Below are positions 9,558 through 22,950 of a stretch of DNA of 64,000 bases, one piece after another (the first letter of the stretch is position 1; the number at the start of each line of letters is the position of its first letter). Origin of the DNA: Azolla caroliniana (lineage: Eukaryota > Plantae > Polypodiophyta); contig JBHGNT010000012.1 in NCBI GenBank assembly GCA_043228905.1, forward strand, positions 7,502,001 to 7,566,000, read 5' to 3'. Under the pieces are notes generated by a model. It was not told where the DNA came from and did not search any database. It worked only from the letters and a program-made list of their open reading frames with translations. A program made the translations under genes and the position numbers.

Positions 9558-12500
9558 CCGCTACGGCATGTTGTATCCCGAGTCGGTGGAATATTTCGAA
9601 CTCGAATTCCTGTAACAGTAAGGTCCACCGGGCCAACTTACCGGTGAGTGACGCTTTGGACACCAGGTAAAGGAGTGCCGAATGATCTACATGGAAGGAA
9701 AACTTCCTTCCCAATAAATAATGCTGAAACTTTGTCACACTGTAGATCATCCCTAGAGCTTCCCGTTCCGTGGTAGAGTAGTTCCATTCCGCTTGGGATA
9801 GCTTTCGGCTGGCATAGTACACTGGCCGGTACCACTTTGGCTCCGTAAGCTGCATCAGTACGCTTCTGATTGCGATGTCGGAGGCGTCTATGAACACAGG
9901 AAATTCTTTACTCCAATCTGGTGGCTGCACTACTGGTGCTTGCGACAATAGTACCTTGAGGGCCCTATACGCTCTATCCTCGGTGTCAGTCCACTAGAAT
10001 GGTGTCCGATGTACGGCGGCATGCAACGGTGTAGCCAGGTCGGCCAAGTATCGGAGCATCCGGCTGTGCCACCGGATCTGGCCTAAGAACCGGCTTAATG
10101 CCTTTGCCGTTGCCGGCGCCAGTGCTTCTAATATGGCTTTCACTTTGTCCGGGTCGACTGCAATACCTTCCTGGCTCACAATATGTCCTAATAAAGTTCC
10201 ACTGGAAACGCCAAATACACACTTTGCCGGATTCAAGTTTAGCCGGTACGCTCTACACTTTTCTAGACAAAGACGGAGGTGCTGAAAATGGTCCTCCTCC
10301 CCGGCTATAGACGGTGAAATCGTCAAGGAAAACCTGCATAAAAGCCAGGATATATTCACCAAAGATTTCCATGATGATTCGTTGAAATGTTGTCGGTGCC
10401 GTTTTGAGTCCGAACATCATCACCACGGCCACAAACACCCCCCATTCAATGACGAAAGTCATTTTCTCTTGTTCGTCGAGGTGCATCCGGATCTGATTAT
10501 ACCCGCTGAATCCGTCTAGAAAGCTATAGACCTCATGGCCGGCGACCGTAGCCGCATCCGTTACCGTAGCCGCATTGAGTTTCCGATAGTCCACACAAAC
10601 TCGAATTTTTCTGTTCTTCTTCGGTACGACTACGATCGGGCTCAGCCATGTCGCTTTCTTTACCGGACGGATAAAGCCAACTCTTAGCAGTTTGTCGATT
10701 TCCTCCTTGACTTTGGCGGCATAATTGGGATTCATCCGGTACCATCTTTGTGCCACTGGTTTTGCATCCTTGCTCAAGTGAACCTGATGCTGGTATAACT
10801 AAGGGTCGAGTCCTCGCATGTCTTCGTATGACCAGGCAAACACATCGCGAAATTCCGTGAGAAGTGTGATCATCGTCGTTTTGTCTTCGGACTTCATCTC
10901 CTTGGCGATGTGCACCGGTTTTGCTTCATCCGTGGTCCCTAGGTTCACCTCTTCCAGTTGCAACGCTTTTATGCGCTCTGAAACGGCCATTTCCCGTTCC
11001 AACGCTTCCTGCGCTTGCCGTAACTCCCGGATTGCGTCTTTATCCGGTTCTGCTTCAGCCTCTTCCAGCTGCGGTAAGTATGGTGCTACTGCTTCGGCAA
11101 TGTCAATTTCAAAGAGGGGTATGATCTTCGGGTTTTCCTGCAAGTACTGAGCTTCTTCTTCGTCAGCTAACCCTTCTATCATGTTGACGCACTCTGCATA
11201 CAACGGTGTACATTCCTTGCCAGTGCTCGTCCTTGGCTGTGTTGGTACCCGTACCTTGGCTTTTCCTCGTCGGAAGGTAATTATATTTTTCCTCCAATTC
11301 TGTTTGATATGTGTCGTTTTCAACCACGGCCGCCCCAGCAATAGCGGGTATGCGCCTTGTGCCTGTAATTGTAGCACTACTGCCGAGATGTGAAATTTGT
11401 GACCGCCAACGGTGACTTCTAATTTTCGTATTAATCCTGTCGGCCGCACTGAACTTGTATCGGCCATCCGTAACCAGAACGGACACGGCTCCCACTCGTG
11501 GATTCCCAGGGCATCACACGTCCGGAGGCTTATTACATTCACCCCGGAGCCTCCGTCTATAACTGTGTCGGGTAGTTCTTTCCCTTTTACAATGGCAGTG
11601 ATTACCAGACTGTTGGTGTCTACCACCGTTGGTCCCTCCTCCGGATTCGAGAAGAGTACCGGGGCCGGTGATGATTCTCCTGCCGTCATGGCCGTCTTCA
11701 GTCCTTCCATGAATCTTGGCACGAGTTGTAGGAGTCTTCCTAGTGGAAGTGTAATCTGGCATTCTTGCAACGCCTGCCATATCCCATTCTCGGAGTGACT
11801 GCCGCCGGCAAGCCCTACGGTGTTCTCCTTTTGCTGTTGTAAGTCTGTGACATTCTGCTCATTTGCTTTCTTTACGCATTCCGTCGCTTGCTTCTGGATG
11901 GTCTCCTGCGTCTCCCATTCCTTGGCCATGCCCTTCGACCTTGTGGTCACCTGCTGCAGATCTGCCACCTCAGGGACTACCATATTTACTGCCGGTCGTT
12001 TTTCATAGCTCTTCACCGGGCATTCATTACTATAATGGCCTTCCTGTCGGCAGTAGTAGCAGTAGGCTTTCCGGGTATTGCTGGATTCAGCATTGTCTGT
12101 TGTACCCGAGGCCGGTCCTGTGGTAAGCACGGGGTTTTGGGCCGGTTGGCTGCTTGAAGCTCCTTGTTCCGGATCCCGTGGGTAGCCGCCTTTTTTGAAA
12201 TGCCGTTTTTTGTTATAGTTCTTCTTATTGCGGTACTCTTGACGAGGTTGCTCGTTATATTTGCCGTATTCCTCCCGTTGCTGATGATATTGGGGGAGTG
12301 CTCCCGGTCGTAATGTTTGTATCGTCTATTGTAATCCCGGTACCAATCATATCTATCCTGCCGGTCATAGTTATCCCGCCGATCACCGTACCGGACATCA
12401 TTCTCTCGTCGATCGCCATACCGGACATCCTGTGTCGGTCGGTCGCGGTTCATTCGCCGCCAGCGTTCCTCTTCTTCATCCCGGCTGCTGCGTGGCTCTA

Positions 12501-13781
12501 TTTGTCGGACGGGCGGTGCTTGCCGGTTCAATAGATTATACTCGCACTTATCCGTCGTATGGCCCTTGGATTGACAGATTACACATTGTGTCCTCATAGT
12601 GCATTCTAGTGCCAAGTGTCCGGAATTCAAGCAGGTTGTGCATTGTATTGCTTGCTGAAACCGGAGGTCTTCATCGGACGGTAACGCTCGTTGGAGTGCT
12701 CCCAGTGTGAGCCAGGAGCTTGTCTTTTCCCTCTCTCTCACCCGGTCAATGACCTGGTCGATGGTACTTGTGCGGAAGTCAATTACCGTGCAAACCGTGC
12801 GTAGGGGTTCCCGAAGCGCATTCAGAAATATAGTCCGTAATTCCTCCTCCGGGGGTGCGCGGGCCAGCTGACTATGCATCCGTTGAAACCGGATGACAAA
12901 CTAGGGAATGCTCTCCCCTGCCTCCTGTCGGATGGTATAAAATAAGCCCACCATTACTGTCTGGTCCACCTCCTTTTGGAAAAAATGCAAGAATTTAGCT
13001 TTTAAATCTGCAAAGGTGGTGATGGTAGACGGGTCCTACGTCCGGCGCCATCTTGCTGCCGGTCCCTCCAATGTGACGCCAAATTCCGCTATCTTAGAGT
13101 GTTCCTCTTCCTCCGGGGTCAATCGCTAGGACACATGGTTTGCTTCCCATGTATGTTCAAAGGCGTGAACATGAGCTTCCGCGTCCGGATCATCTCTATA
13201 CTTGGAGTACTAGAACGGCATGTCGTCGTCCGGTATTGGTGCGCAGGCTGGCGGTGTTGGTGGTCGTTCCTGGTTTTTCTCCGGCGTCGGTGGTCTTTCC
13301 TCTTCTTTTGGTGACGGAGGACTCTCCTCCTCGACTTCCGGTGTCGGAGGTCGCTCTTCCTCTGCTGGTTCCGAAGGTTCCAGCCTTAGCAATTCCAGTT
13401 CCGGTGTCGATAAGGTGTCTGATCCTTCATCCTCCGGTCCGCCCGGGGTTTCGTTGTTGCTACGGTAGTTCGTGTGCACGTTGTATTCCCCTTCAAAATC
13501 CGATTCATATGCTGAAAAGGCTTCTGCTTTGCCTTCTCCGTTTGCCAACGCCTGGAGAAGGGATTCGGTTACCCGGAGGCTGCTTAGGTTGTTGCCGTCG
13601 TCCGAGTGCGATGTTTGCTGTAACCAGAGGGAGTCCTCCGCTACTCTCCGGATTACGTTGGAAAACGAGCGATCCGCTCTAATTTCCTATGCCGCTTGCT
13701 GGAAAGCCTCACGTCTCCTTTGCCTTTCGGCAAGGCGTCGAGTTCGATCTGTAACCAGGTCGTGCGTTGATCTAGTCATCC
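9558..13781 (-). pseudogene. gag-PR-RT-RNaseH of gypsy element A (fragmented)
   Basis: ORF fragments 12013-12879 (gag), 10799-12130 (CYYCRQEGHYSNEC + PR), 10253-10777 and 9994-10362 (RT), 9538-9948 (RNase H). Confidence 0.85.
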
Positions 13782-14265
13782 ATCTGTGCCATCGTTCGCT
13801 GCAAAAACAGGAGTCGTGGTCGCCAAAAACTGTGTTAACTCTTAGGGCCGGACAATGGCCTAACACAAGGTGTCTACGGAAGACACTTCACCAAAGGGGT
13901 GTTACGGCATCAAGGTTAGACTCAACGCTTAATCCGACTTAATTAGGTAACTTAGCATGATCGTCCTTAATCTTCACACGCGTAAGATATAACAATGAAT
14001 GCAGAACGGCAATTAACACAGAGATAAAAAAACACTAAGCTTTATTAATTAACCGCTACTCATTACATTGTACCCGGGCCTTTAAATAGGTTTCCGGTCT
14101 GTAGTACAAAACGGTGCCATCCGCACCTATTCGGGATCGGTCCGGATCCGGAACGGCATACCGATTCTGGTCCATCCGTCCACACTCATAGCTTACTTAC
14201 AACCATTTCTACTAAGTAAATAACTCCCCGTTTCACACTCTGGACTCCTTTGCCGGCCGGTAACA

Positions 14266-15618
14266 CAGTTATCCAGTCAACTTGATTAGTCAATTCATGG
14301 CGCATCCGACCGTCGAACATCTTTAATGCGCGCATCGGATCATGTGATATCTCATCGGCACTAAGGATCAACATTTCTATATCGGACCGGTGTAATTGGA
14401 CAACTTGTTGGCTACATGGATGTCGATTGGGCCGGAAATGCCGACAACCGCAGGTCTACATCCGGTTATGCGTTTTCACTTGGAAGCGTTGCAATCACCT
14501 AGAGCAGCAAGAAGCAGCCGACAATTGCATTGTCGAGCACGGAGGTTGAGTGTCGAGGAGTGTTTGTCGCGATGTGAGAAGCCATTTGGCTCAAACGGCT
14601 ATTGAAGGATTTGTGAGTGGAGGTGTTTGATCCGATCACGATCTACTGCAACAACCTCACCAACATCCAACTGGCGAACTTGAGGGGGAGAGATGAAACC
14701 AAAAAAGATAGAGCCAAAAAGGATGATGATGTCTGAAAAGCCGAATCGGATGACAATTTCGATTTCGTACCGACTGAAGAAGTTGGAATGTTCGAATCGG
14801 TTGAAGAAGCCGAGGACGAAAGGACATGTGCAAAAATATCGGCCAAGTGGAGACTAATTAGACCTAGGGGGAACAACCACAAGGAAAATCCGAAACCGGA
14901 GCCAACTGAGCTGAGGGGTGAAAAAGCCAAGAGAGGCAAAAGAGGCGACAAAGTCGAAAAGGACAAGAGCTGGAACGAATTGGAGACAATCAATTAGGTC
15001 GAGTAGTTCGATTCGGATGAACCGAATCACATGAAGGCCAGGCGGATGATAAGGTAGTCGATGCCGAGACGGAGGAGCTGACGGGTCGAGGGGCGCCAAT
15101 ACTGTGACAATGAGGGAGCTGACAAGGGCCTTACGAGCACATAAGCAGACCGAGAAGGTCAAGGTGCACGGGACCGAACGGGTCAAGGAACGCAAGCAAG
15201 GAGTGAAGACGTCAGGAGGAGCCGACAGCAAGGGTTTGGAAAGATAGACACGACAATCCCGAACTCAAGTTGAGCTTGGGGGGGAGTGTTGAGCGGCAAG
15301 CTCAACCTGATCCGGATCGGCTGATTAAGCCAAAGCCGGATCGTAATCCAGATCGGTGTTACCGTTAGGCCATTAGAGGCCTATGATCCTAGCCTAGTAC
15401 GTAGGCATATTTCTAGTAGTTAATGTTTGTCGCTCAATACGAACATTGAAGTACTTGATGGTACTTTAGTTGGTCCTTTAAGGACTTGTATAAATAGTGT
15501 TGTCAAGCACAATTGTATGTACAGAGTATTGAGTTTATTTTTGAAATAGAGTTTATGTTCTGCTCTCTCTGTCTCTCCCGCGTATTGTGTATTCTCAAGC
15601 TTCCATTAAACCTTCACA
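14266..15618 (+). mobile_element. Ty1/copia 3' remnant (end of RT, RNase H, PPT, 3' LTR 15287-15618); host of gypsy A
   Basis: Translates as SYPVNLISQFM..DVDWAGNADNRRSTSGYAF..SSKKQPTIALSSTE. PPT GGGGGGGAG precedes TGTTGAGC; LTR ends CCTTCACA. Confidence 0.85.
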
Positions 15619-15788
15619 TCTGTTCTTTGTTGTTATCTGGCAGAGCCGGGTTTTTTGTCTACACTTCCACACATTAACTTTCACAAGCTCAAATTAAATA
15701 TTATGCTTGGATATGAATCTTACATGTAAGTATTAATCTCAATATTTGTGACATTTTAAGTGTATGAATTTACTAATATGTTGATTCC

Positions 15789-16241
15789 TGTTGAGAATCA
15801 ACCTCAACCTAGTGCGTGTGAACACACCCTTTCAGAATCTATGATCACTCAAAGGTCAAGAGTCACACCACTACTCTCTACACATTAACTATGTGTCATA
15901 GAATCATATTCTATGACACATAACTAATGAGTTCCATATTCCCCACGACTATGAGTCTTTACATTCCCCAAGAAAGAGTACTTGTTGTAGTAAGTTAATG
16001 AAGAGAGAGGGTGATCTTATATAAAGCACCCTTCTCCTACTTCATATAGGGTTGGTTATGACTCCTTGTAATGCTACATTTTGTATTTGCTATTCTCCTT
16101 GTTAATATACACCTTCTTGATTTCTTTATTTTTCTTTGACCTATTCATCTTGTCCTTTCACTTTTTCTCATCTCTTTCCTCTCATACACACACATCACAC
16201 ACATCTCTTCCGTTGCACAAGATCATATCTGATTCTTTACA
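15789..16241 (+). mobile_element. copia solo LTR
   Basis: TGTTGAG...TTCTTTACA flanked by 5-bp TSD ATTCC (15784-15788, 16242-16246). Homologous to the interrupted - strand LTR at 24206-28189. Confidence 0.88.
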
Positions 16242-18747
16242 ATTCCAACTTTGGTATTTCAGCATAAGACTCTGGGCTTGTGATATCGGAAGATGATGGT
16301 GATTTATCAACTGATTGTGGACAGAACCAACCATCTGAATCGATACCAACTAAACCGAGAAGAGCAAAAATCCAAGTCTAACAAAAAGAGATGGATTCAG
16401 CCCAGTGTTGAGATTACATCAAATTTAGATGAGGAAGCACCAGATGTTGGAACTATCCACATTGGATTTGGGAGAGCCACAAGGTCTTGGGACTTGACAA
16501 CGATAATAAGTTAGTCAATATGCCTTAGTGCATTGTTGTAGAATACTTAACATAAAATACATGTAGAATATGTATGCTAAGTATTCTAACTTTTAGAATA
16601 CATATTTTATAGATAAAATACGTTAAGTATGTTAAATAATTAGAATATGTGTAGAATACTTGGAATACGTTAACTACTTCTTAAAATATATAGTTTTTTT
16701 GTCAAAAATAAATAAAAATTGTAAACCTTTTTGAAATGGTAAATACTTGTTAAATATGTAGAATAGGTCAAATTTTTAGAATACAACAAATTTTGAAAAT
16801 TTGTAGTTCTAAAACGTAGAATACACGTTGTCGCGAGGTTTCGTGCGTGCGTGTAGAAGGGCGGGACCACGGGGGTCTCGGACGAGGGAAGAAGGGAAGC
16901 CGAGAAGACGATTCCGGACGCGTTCCGGAAGCAACCGAGTGGGAGAGAGAAAGAGAGAGAGTGCGCGCTTGACACCGACTCACACACACACACACACACC
17001 ACGCTGACCCAACTCACGCCTTATGTACAGAAACGAGAAAGAAACACAAAGACACACACACACACACCAACAGAGACTCGAATATGCACAACCAAATGTA
17101 TATGTATTTACAAGACAACGAGATTCAACACCGTCTTCGAACCGGACCTAGGTCGCATCGGATGCAATTGTTGTCTACTGCTAAGCCGCCGAGCGGGGTC
17201 TTGCACAGAGTACAGGGCAGAAAACCGAAACGCTAGATGCCAAGGCTCGACACACGGAAGGACGAAGAAGAAGCAGAGGAGAGAAAGAAGAGACCCTAAA
17301 ACACGAGAAGAGAAAGAAAGGAAAGAAAGAGAGAGAGAGGAAGAGAGAACGTCTCTTCGTCTAACGGTATACCCTGCTAATACAAAATGGGCAACCCCTT
17401 CACAAGAGGCGCTCCCTTCCTTTTATAGAACAAGGAGGGAGATGCGTTACAATGTGGGATAAATCCCGACTTACATGGGATTCTCTGTCCCGACTTGACT
17501 ACTCTTCGGCGCCCTTGTTATTCACCCTAAATGTACAAGGGTGAGCGCACATGCTGCACCCCGCTGATGTAGCTGATATTTCCCGATTTCCGCCTCTGGC
17601 CGAAATTCTTCACGACATCCGCCCCCACCAAACCGCACGTCCACCGATATGTGCCAAATCCGGTGAAGGGTGAGAGATTTCGGCCGGTGAGAAACCGGTC
17701 AACCGTAATCCACATCCCGGCTCGCTGCCGGTTTGAATCGTCAGCTTCGGTTCTTCCTTCGCGCTTACCTCCCCGTAGGTTCGTTCGACCCGTCGATGGG
17801 TCCTTCGTCACGATCTCCGTAGTACGCGTACTTTCACTAGCCCTTGTTCGATCGTATGCACGCCTCGCTCTCCGCCGTATGCCCGATGTCCTCCGTTTGA
17901 GGAACGCCCGTAGTGGCCCGCCTGGCCTCCGTCGACCATTCGTGTGGTCCTGATTGTCGTCCCGCGTTGTTTCCCACAGCCTTCGTCCCCTCACCGCCAC
18001 TTTCCTTCTCCTTGGTCTTACGTCACCACGTCGGCTCGGACCGCCAAGGTCGTCGAGACGGTGTGGAGGATCCTTCTTTGCGCGACCTCTGAACCGTGCA
18101 ACCCATTCTTCGCGCTCGCCTTTCCGTGCCGACACCTCCGTGTGCCGCATATCCTCGTCTGTTGTTTGGCACTGCCTGTGCCACACTCCGGTTCTTTGCA
18201 CGCCTTGTCGGCCCCTTTCCCGGCCAGATCGTGCATTGCCGCTCATCCGCATACCAATGTCCTCCACATCCGAGGAACACCCCGTAGTAGCCTGCTTGGC
18301 CCTTTCCGTCTTGCGTTGCTGCAACAGGTCCCGAGTCTTCCGCTTGCCGTCGTCCCCTCGCCCCCACCAGCTTGTCATCCCGGGCTTGCCGTGTCAGTCT
18401 TCGTTACTCTGACTGTCTTGCCGAGATCTACGAAGCGAGTGTGGAGGATCTATGCACCCATCACCTCGTTCCCAGCACCACCCTTGTGCCGTCTTCCGCT
18501 TCCTTTGTTTAGCACCGCCCGTGCCAAACACCGTCCTATAGTCACGCTTCGATCCGGCCCGCGATGGCCACTTGCGAGACTCTTGTTCTGTCCCAGGTGT
18601 GCCTTTCCGGCTCGACACACCTCCTTGTGTTTGCCCCTACCGGCTCCTTCTGAAACCGTAACCGGCTGGTAAGGGTTCCACACTTCGTCCACCCCCGTCT
18701 TACCGACTCCCGATCCGCTATCTCGTGTCGCCGGGTCCCATTCCCTA

Positions 18748-19990
18748 CCGCCACCGTCCTTCTCCCTAGGTCTCATGTTGCCACGTTGGCTGAACTGCCG
18801 GAGTCTCCGGATCGGTGTGAGGGTCCCATAGGACTGGACTCCGTTTCTCTGCTTGCCAAAATTCGGGTGTCTTTTGCGGGAGTCCTTTGCGACTCTCCTC
18901 ATGTCTTCCGCGTAGCTGGGTCCTGTTTCCCGCCGCCACCAACCTTCTCTCTCGGTCTCATGTTGCCACATTGGCCAAACTACCAGAGTCTCTGGTTCGG
19001 TGTGGGGATCCCGTAGGACCAGACTTCCTTATGCCCACTGACCTTGCCGGTAGGTCCGATTCGGTTCGTAGCTGCTTCGCCGGCCTGATAACTTCTTTCT
19101 CTGCTTCCATCGTCCGATCACATTCACCTGCCGCCACCGTCCTCTCCTATAGGACTCACACCGGCACTCGGGCCGACGAACCGAATCGGTGTGAGGATCT
19201 TCGTGGGACCTCGGTTTGCCCGCCTTGCCGCTGCCACTGCCCGTTGCTCTAGGTCTCACATCGGCACTCGGGCCAACCGCCGGAGCCTCTAGCGTTGGTG
19301 TGTGTAAGTTCGCGGCACCGCCGCTTGTATCCTCCGTCCCCCGCATCAACCTCTTCGGTTGGTCGCGTTCACCTACCGCCACCGATCTCTCCTATAGGAC
19401 TCACGTCGGCACTCGGGCCGACAACCGGATCGGTGTGAGGATCTTCGCAAACCGCCCATCCGTATTTCTTTGCCTTCGTCCCCTCGCCGCCACCGATCAT
19501 CACTCTAGGCCGACCGCCAGAGTCTCTAGAACCGGTGTGAAGGATCCTCCTTGGGCTCGTCGTATCTCTGACCCTTATCCTGGGTCTTCCTTCTTTCGCA
19601 AGCTGAGAGGATGCCTCGCTCCACAGCCTCTCCCATGCTACTGGCACCGTGTTCCCAGCCTCTCCGTAGGCTTGCTCTCTTCCTCCCTCCCGGAGTGGTT
19701 ATCCGGGAGTCCGCTTCGCCCGGTTCTCGTCCGGGTCCGTCCGTCTCCTCTAGATTGCCGGGTCTCGTTCTCCTGTCGCCACCGATCTCTCCTATAGGAC
19801 TCACACCGGCACTCAGGCTGACAGCCAGATCGGTGTGAGGATCTCCGTAGGACCAGTCTTCGTTCTCCTCTTCCTCCTTTGTACTTCTCCCAAACTCGTC
19901 GTTGCTCTCCTTCTCGCGTACCCACCTCCATCTCCCATCTCTCCAGGTCTCACGCCGGCGCTCGTTGTCGGCTGCCTGAGTCTCCGGATA
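18748..19990. repeat. dispersed ~70-bp internal repeats of element C
   Basis: (C/T)CGCCACCG..CTCTCCTATAGGACTCAC..GGCACTC..GATCGGTGTGAGGATCT at ~19131-19200, 19376-19445 and 19776-19845, with diverged copies at ~18748, 18930 and 19930. Confidence 0.8.
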
Positions 19991-20554
19991 AGACGTGGTG
20001 TTTCCGTCCCGTAATGATTTGCGGACGCTCGTTCGGGGTACCGCTCCCCAAGCATGTTCGGTGAGAAGCATCTGGACTTCGATCGATCAAGTGCGGCATG
20101 CACTTGATTCTCTAATGACCAGAGTTTCGGGCAGCGGTCCGCAACCTTGATCGCTAGCTTCCCGATCTGCGGCCTTCGCCTGGCCAGCTTGTGTCCTCAT
20201 GTAAAAGAGGGCGATTGTTACGCACCCTCTTCCGCGCCGGCACTATCGTACCGAACCGAACCCTACCGATCGGGCTCTATAACCCGTCCCTGGTCTTTCG
20301 CGCCTTGGGCCGGTTTCGGTCAAGTCATCCACATCCAGATCACGCTCCATCCGAATCGGAACGCCGATCTTTCCATGCCGCCTCCGTCCTTGGCCTCCTC
20401 GCAGGCCGTTTCCCATCCTTCTTCGCTGGCATCGTGCCAGGACTCCTCATCAACACCTTTCTTCTCTCCGGTCTCATGTCGGCACACGGGCTCGATCATC
20501 GGAGTCTCCGGAATCCGCGTGGAGGGCTCTTGTCCGCTCCCGACCATGTCCTCA

Positions 20555-21009
20555 TGTTACGGGCATGACCATTTAATATCCCGTGGTGAGAATTTACCGT
20601 AGTATTCTATACACGTGGATAAGTGTGAGGGTTAAACGAGAGTGTAAAGAAGGGGAGGATTACTTTTAATCCTCGGGATTGAGACAACCCATTAGGTCAA
20701 GTGTGAACTTGCCTGGGGGCCTTGGGTATCGCTATAAATAAGAGGCCTAGCTACCCTCATTTTGGGATCTTTTGACTACATCGAGACTCTGCTCATGTGG
20801 TGGGTCAACTCTTGTAGCGAGCGCGCCAGCACCAGGTACGACTCGACGCCACAGCGGTGGTATGGGACGCCGATCGAGGCTCGAGTCCGTCTCGATCCCT
20901 TCGCTCGGGGGTGGTCGGGTGGATCGGCACCCTTCTTTCTCTTTCTCCTTTCTATCTATCATTACTTTATCCTTATCTTAAGCTTACTTTAGTACTTAGA
21001 TCTATAATA
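20555..21009 (+). mobile_element. solo LTR inserted in the gag region of element C
   Basis: Starts TGTTAC, has TATAAATA at ~20733, and is flanked by TSD CCTCA (20550-20554, 21010-21014); the terminal CA appears mutated to TA. Confidence 0.78.
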
Positions 21010-22441
21010 CCTCAGTTGGCAATTCTCCGCAAGTCGAGAGGGCGTTTTGTTCCGCACCCTCTCCTGTGGTACCGTCGTACCGATCTCCTGTCATCGCGTG
21101 GGGCAAGTCCATCTCTTCGGTCTCGGCTTGCGGCCTCGATCTTTCCCCTTCCTCGAGCATCGCCTCGAGAGCTGCGTACGCCTCCGCAATCCTGGCCCCA
21201 ACGCCGACCCTTGCTGACTCTCTTTGCCATTCGGCCTCTTCCCGCTGTGGTGGCACGCCGTCGCACGCCTTCCTCTTAGCCTTCTCGGCTCACTCCTCAT
21301 CTAGCCGTTGGCACACCCTTCGGTGAGGCCATTCGCTCCGTCCTCGTCTTCGAGCTCAATCCCGATGGCCTCCCGTTCCGCTCGGTCGATCAACTTAACG
21401 AACAACAGGACTTTGTCTGCCCCCACCAAACCTTGTTCCCGCTCCGGGAGCTGAGCAAGCCGCCGCTCGTACTCTCGGAACGCCTTCATTGCGCCCCGGT
21501 GGGTCTTCGCTGACGATATCCATTGGTCGAAGTCACGCCTTCCCCGGCCTTTCGGCCGCCCTCCGTATGCCTTCAGGAGCGCCTCTTCGAAGGCCTCCTA
21601 CAAACTATGAGCCCCACTGAGCTCCTTTACTTCTACATGCATCCGGACAGCTACGACCCAAATGAAGAACTCCAGCCTTAACGCCTCGTCTACGCCACGC
21701 ACTTCCATTTCTGCGTTGTAGGCTTCCAAGTAGAATGGGACCTTGTCCCCATTGAAACGGCCGACTCTTTCGACCACTTGCTCAACCGCTTGTTGCGTTG
21801 CTTCTCGCCTCATCACCACTCGTGCAGACTCCAACACCACTTCGGCCACCATCTCTGCGAGGTCATCATCTTCCGACTCCATGCTCCCTTGCCGCCCTTC
21901 ACGTCGGGTTCACCAATTTTGTCGCGAGGTTTCGCGCGTGCGTGTAGAAGGGTGGGACCACAGGGGTCTCGGACGAGGGAAGAAGGGAAGCCGAGAAGAC
22001 GATTCCAGACGCGTTCCGGAAGCAACCGAACGGGAGAGAGAAAGAGAGAGAGAGCGCGCTTGACACCGACTCACACCCACACACACACACACCACGTCGA
22101 CCCAACTCACGCCTTATGTACAGAAACGAGAAAGAAACACAAAGACACACACACACACCAACAGAGACTCGAATATGCACAACCAAATGTATATGTATTT
22201 ACAAGACAACGAGATTCAACACCGTCTTCGAACCGGACCTAGGTCGCATCGGATGCAACTGTTGTCTACTGCCAAGCCGTTGGTCGGGGAGCTCTCGAGC
22301 TTGTCGCGCCGAGCGGGGTCTTGCACAGAGTACAGGGTAGAAAACTGAAACGCTAGATGCCAAGGCTCGACACACGGAAGGACGAAGAAGAAGCAGAGGA
22401 GAGCAAGAAGAGACCCTAAAACCAGAGAAGAGAAAAAAAAA

Positions 22442-22492
<51 letters not shown>

Positions 22493-22950
22493 GAGAGAAC
22501 GTCTCTTCGTCTAACGGTATACCCTGCTAATACAAAATGGGCAACCCCTTCACAAGAGGCGCTCCCTTCCTTTTATAGAACAAGGAGGAAGATGCGTTAC
22601 AATGTGGGATAAATCTCGACTTACATGGGATTCTTTGTCCCAACTTGACTACTCTTCGGCGCCATAAAGGCGCCCTTGTTATTCACCCTAAATGTACACG
22701 GGTGAGCGCACATGCTGCACCCCGCTGATGTAGCCGATATTTCCCAGTTTCCGCCTCTGGCCGAAATTCTTCATGACAACGTTTTTTAACAATTATGCCT
22801 TAGTGTATTGGAAACAATTATTTCATGCACGAAATCTAGTTGTGGTCAATAGTTTGTGATACATGCTAATTCTAGCTTAAAAAACAGGTTCTAACTTGCA
22901 TGTCAAAGACTAGATCTATTGTTGATTGTGGTAGAGGCTGATTTTTGTAG

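Larger units (their letters stand above)
2966..14265 (-). mobile_element. Degenerate Ty3/gypsy (non-chromovirus-like) element A; 5' LTR 13831-14265; 3' end deleted; interrupted by element B
   Basis: LTR TGTTACCGG...TAACACA. PBS TGGCGACCAC at 13816-13825 (tRNA-Arg-like). Gag with CCHC motifs, PR VIDGGSGVN, RT FLDD, RNase H DASD...TDH-like, INT KWGLDFVG...ISDQG...QANGLAE, in gypsy order with many stops and frameshifts. Confidence 0.9.
16829..22778 (-). mobile_element. Non-autonomous Ty3/gypsy element C (gag remnant, no recognisable pol); 5' LTR 21920-22778, 3' LTR 16829-17617
   Basis: Two ~0.8-kb near-identical LTRs TGTC..GACA. PBS TGGTGAACCCGACGTGAA at 21898-21915 (tRNA-Trp 3' end). PPT GGTGGGGGCGGA at 17618-17629. 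Apparent 4-bp TSD ACGT. Gag-like VGRFNGDKVPFYLEAYNAEM. Confidence 0.9.

Noticed and set aside
19131-19845. Repeat-spacer pattern as a CRISPR-like array
   Set aside because: Eukaryotic TE interior; repeats ~70 bp, spacing irregular (~245 and ~400 bp), no cas genes.
17527-20602. Many overlapping 100-280 aa ORFs as genes
   Set aside because: GC-rich TE interior with few stop codons; no recognisable domains.
21898-21915. tRNA-Trp gene
   Set aside because: Only the 3' 18 nt including CCA are present, next to an LTR; it is a PBS.
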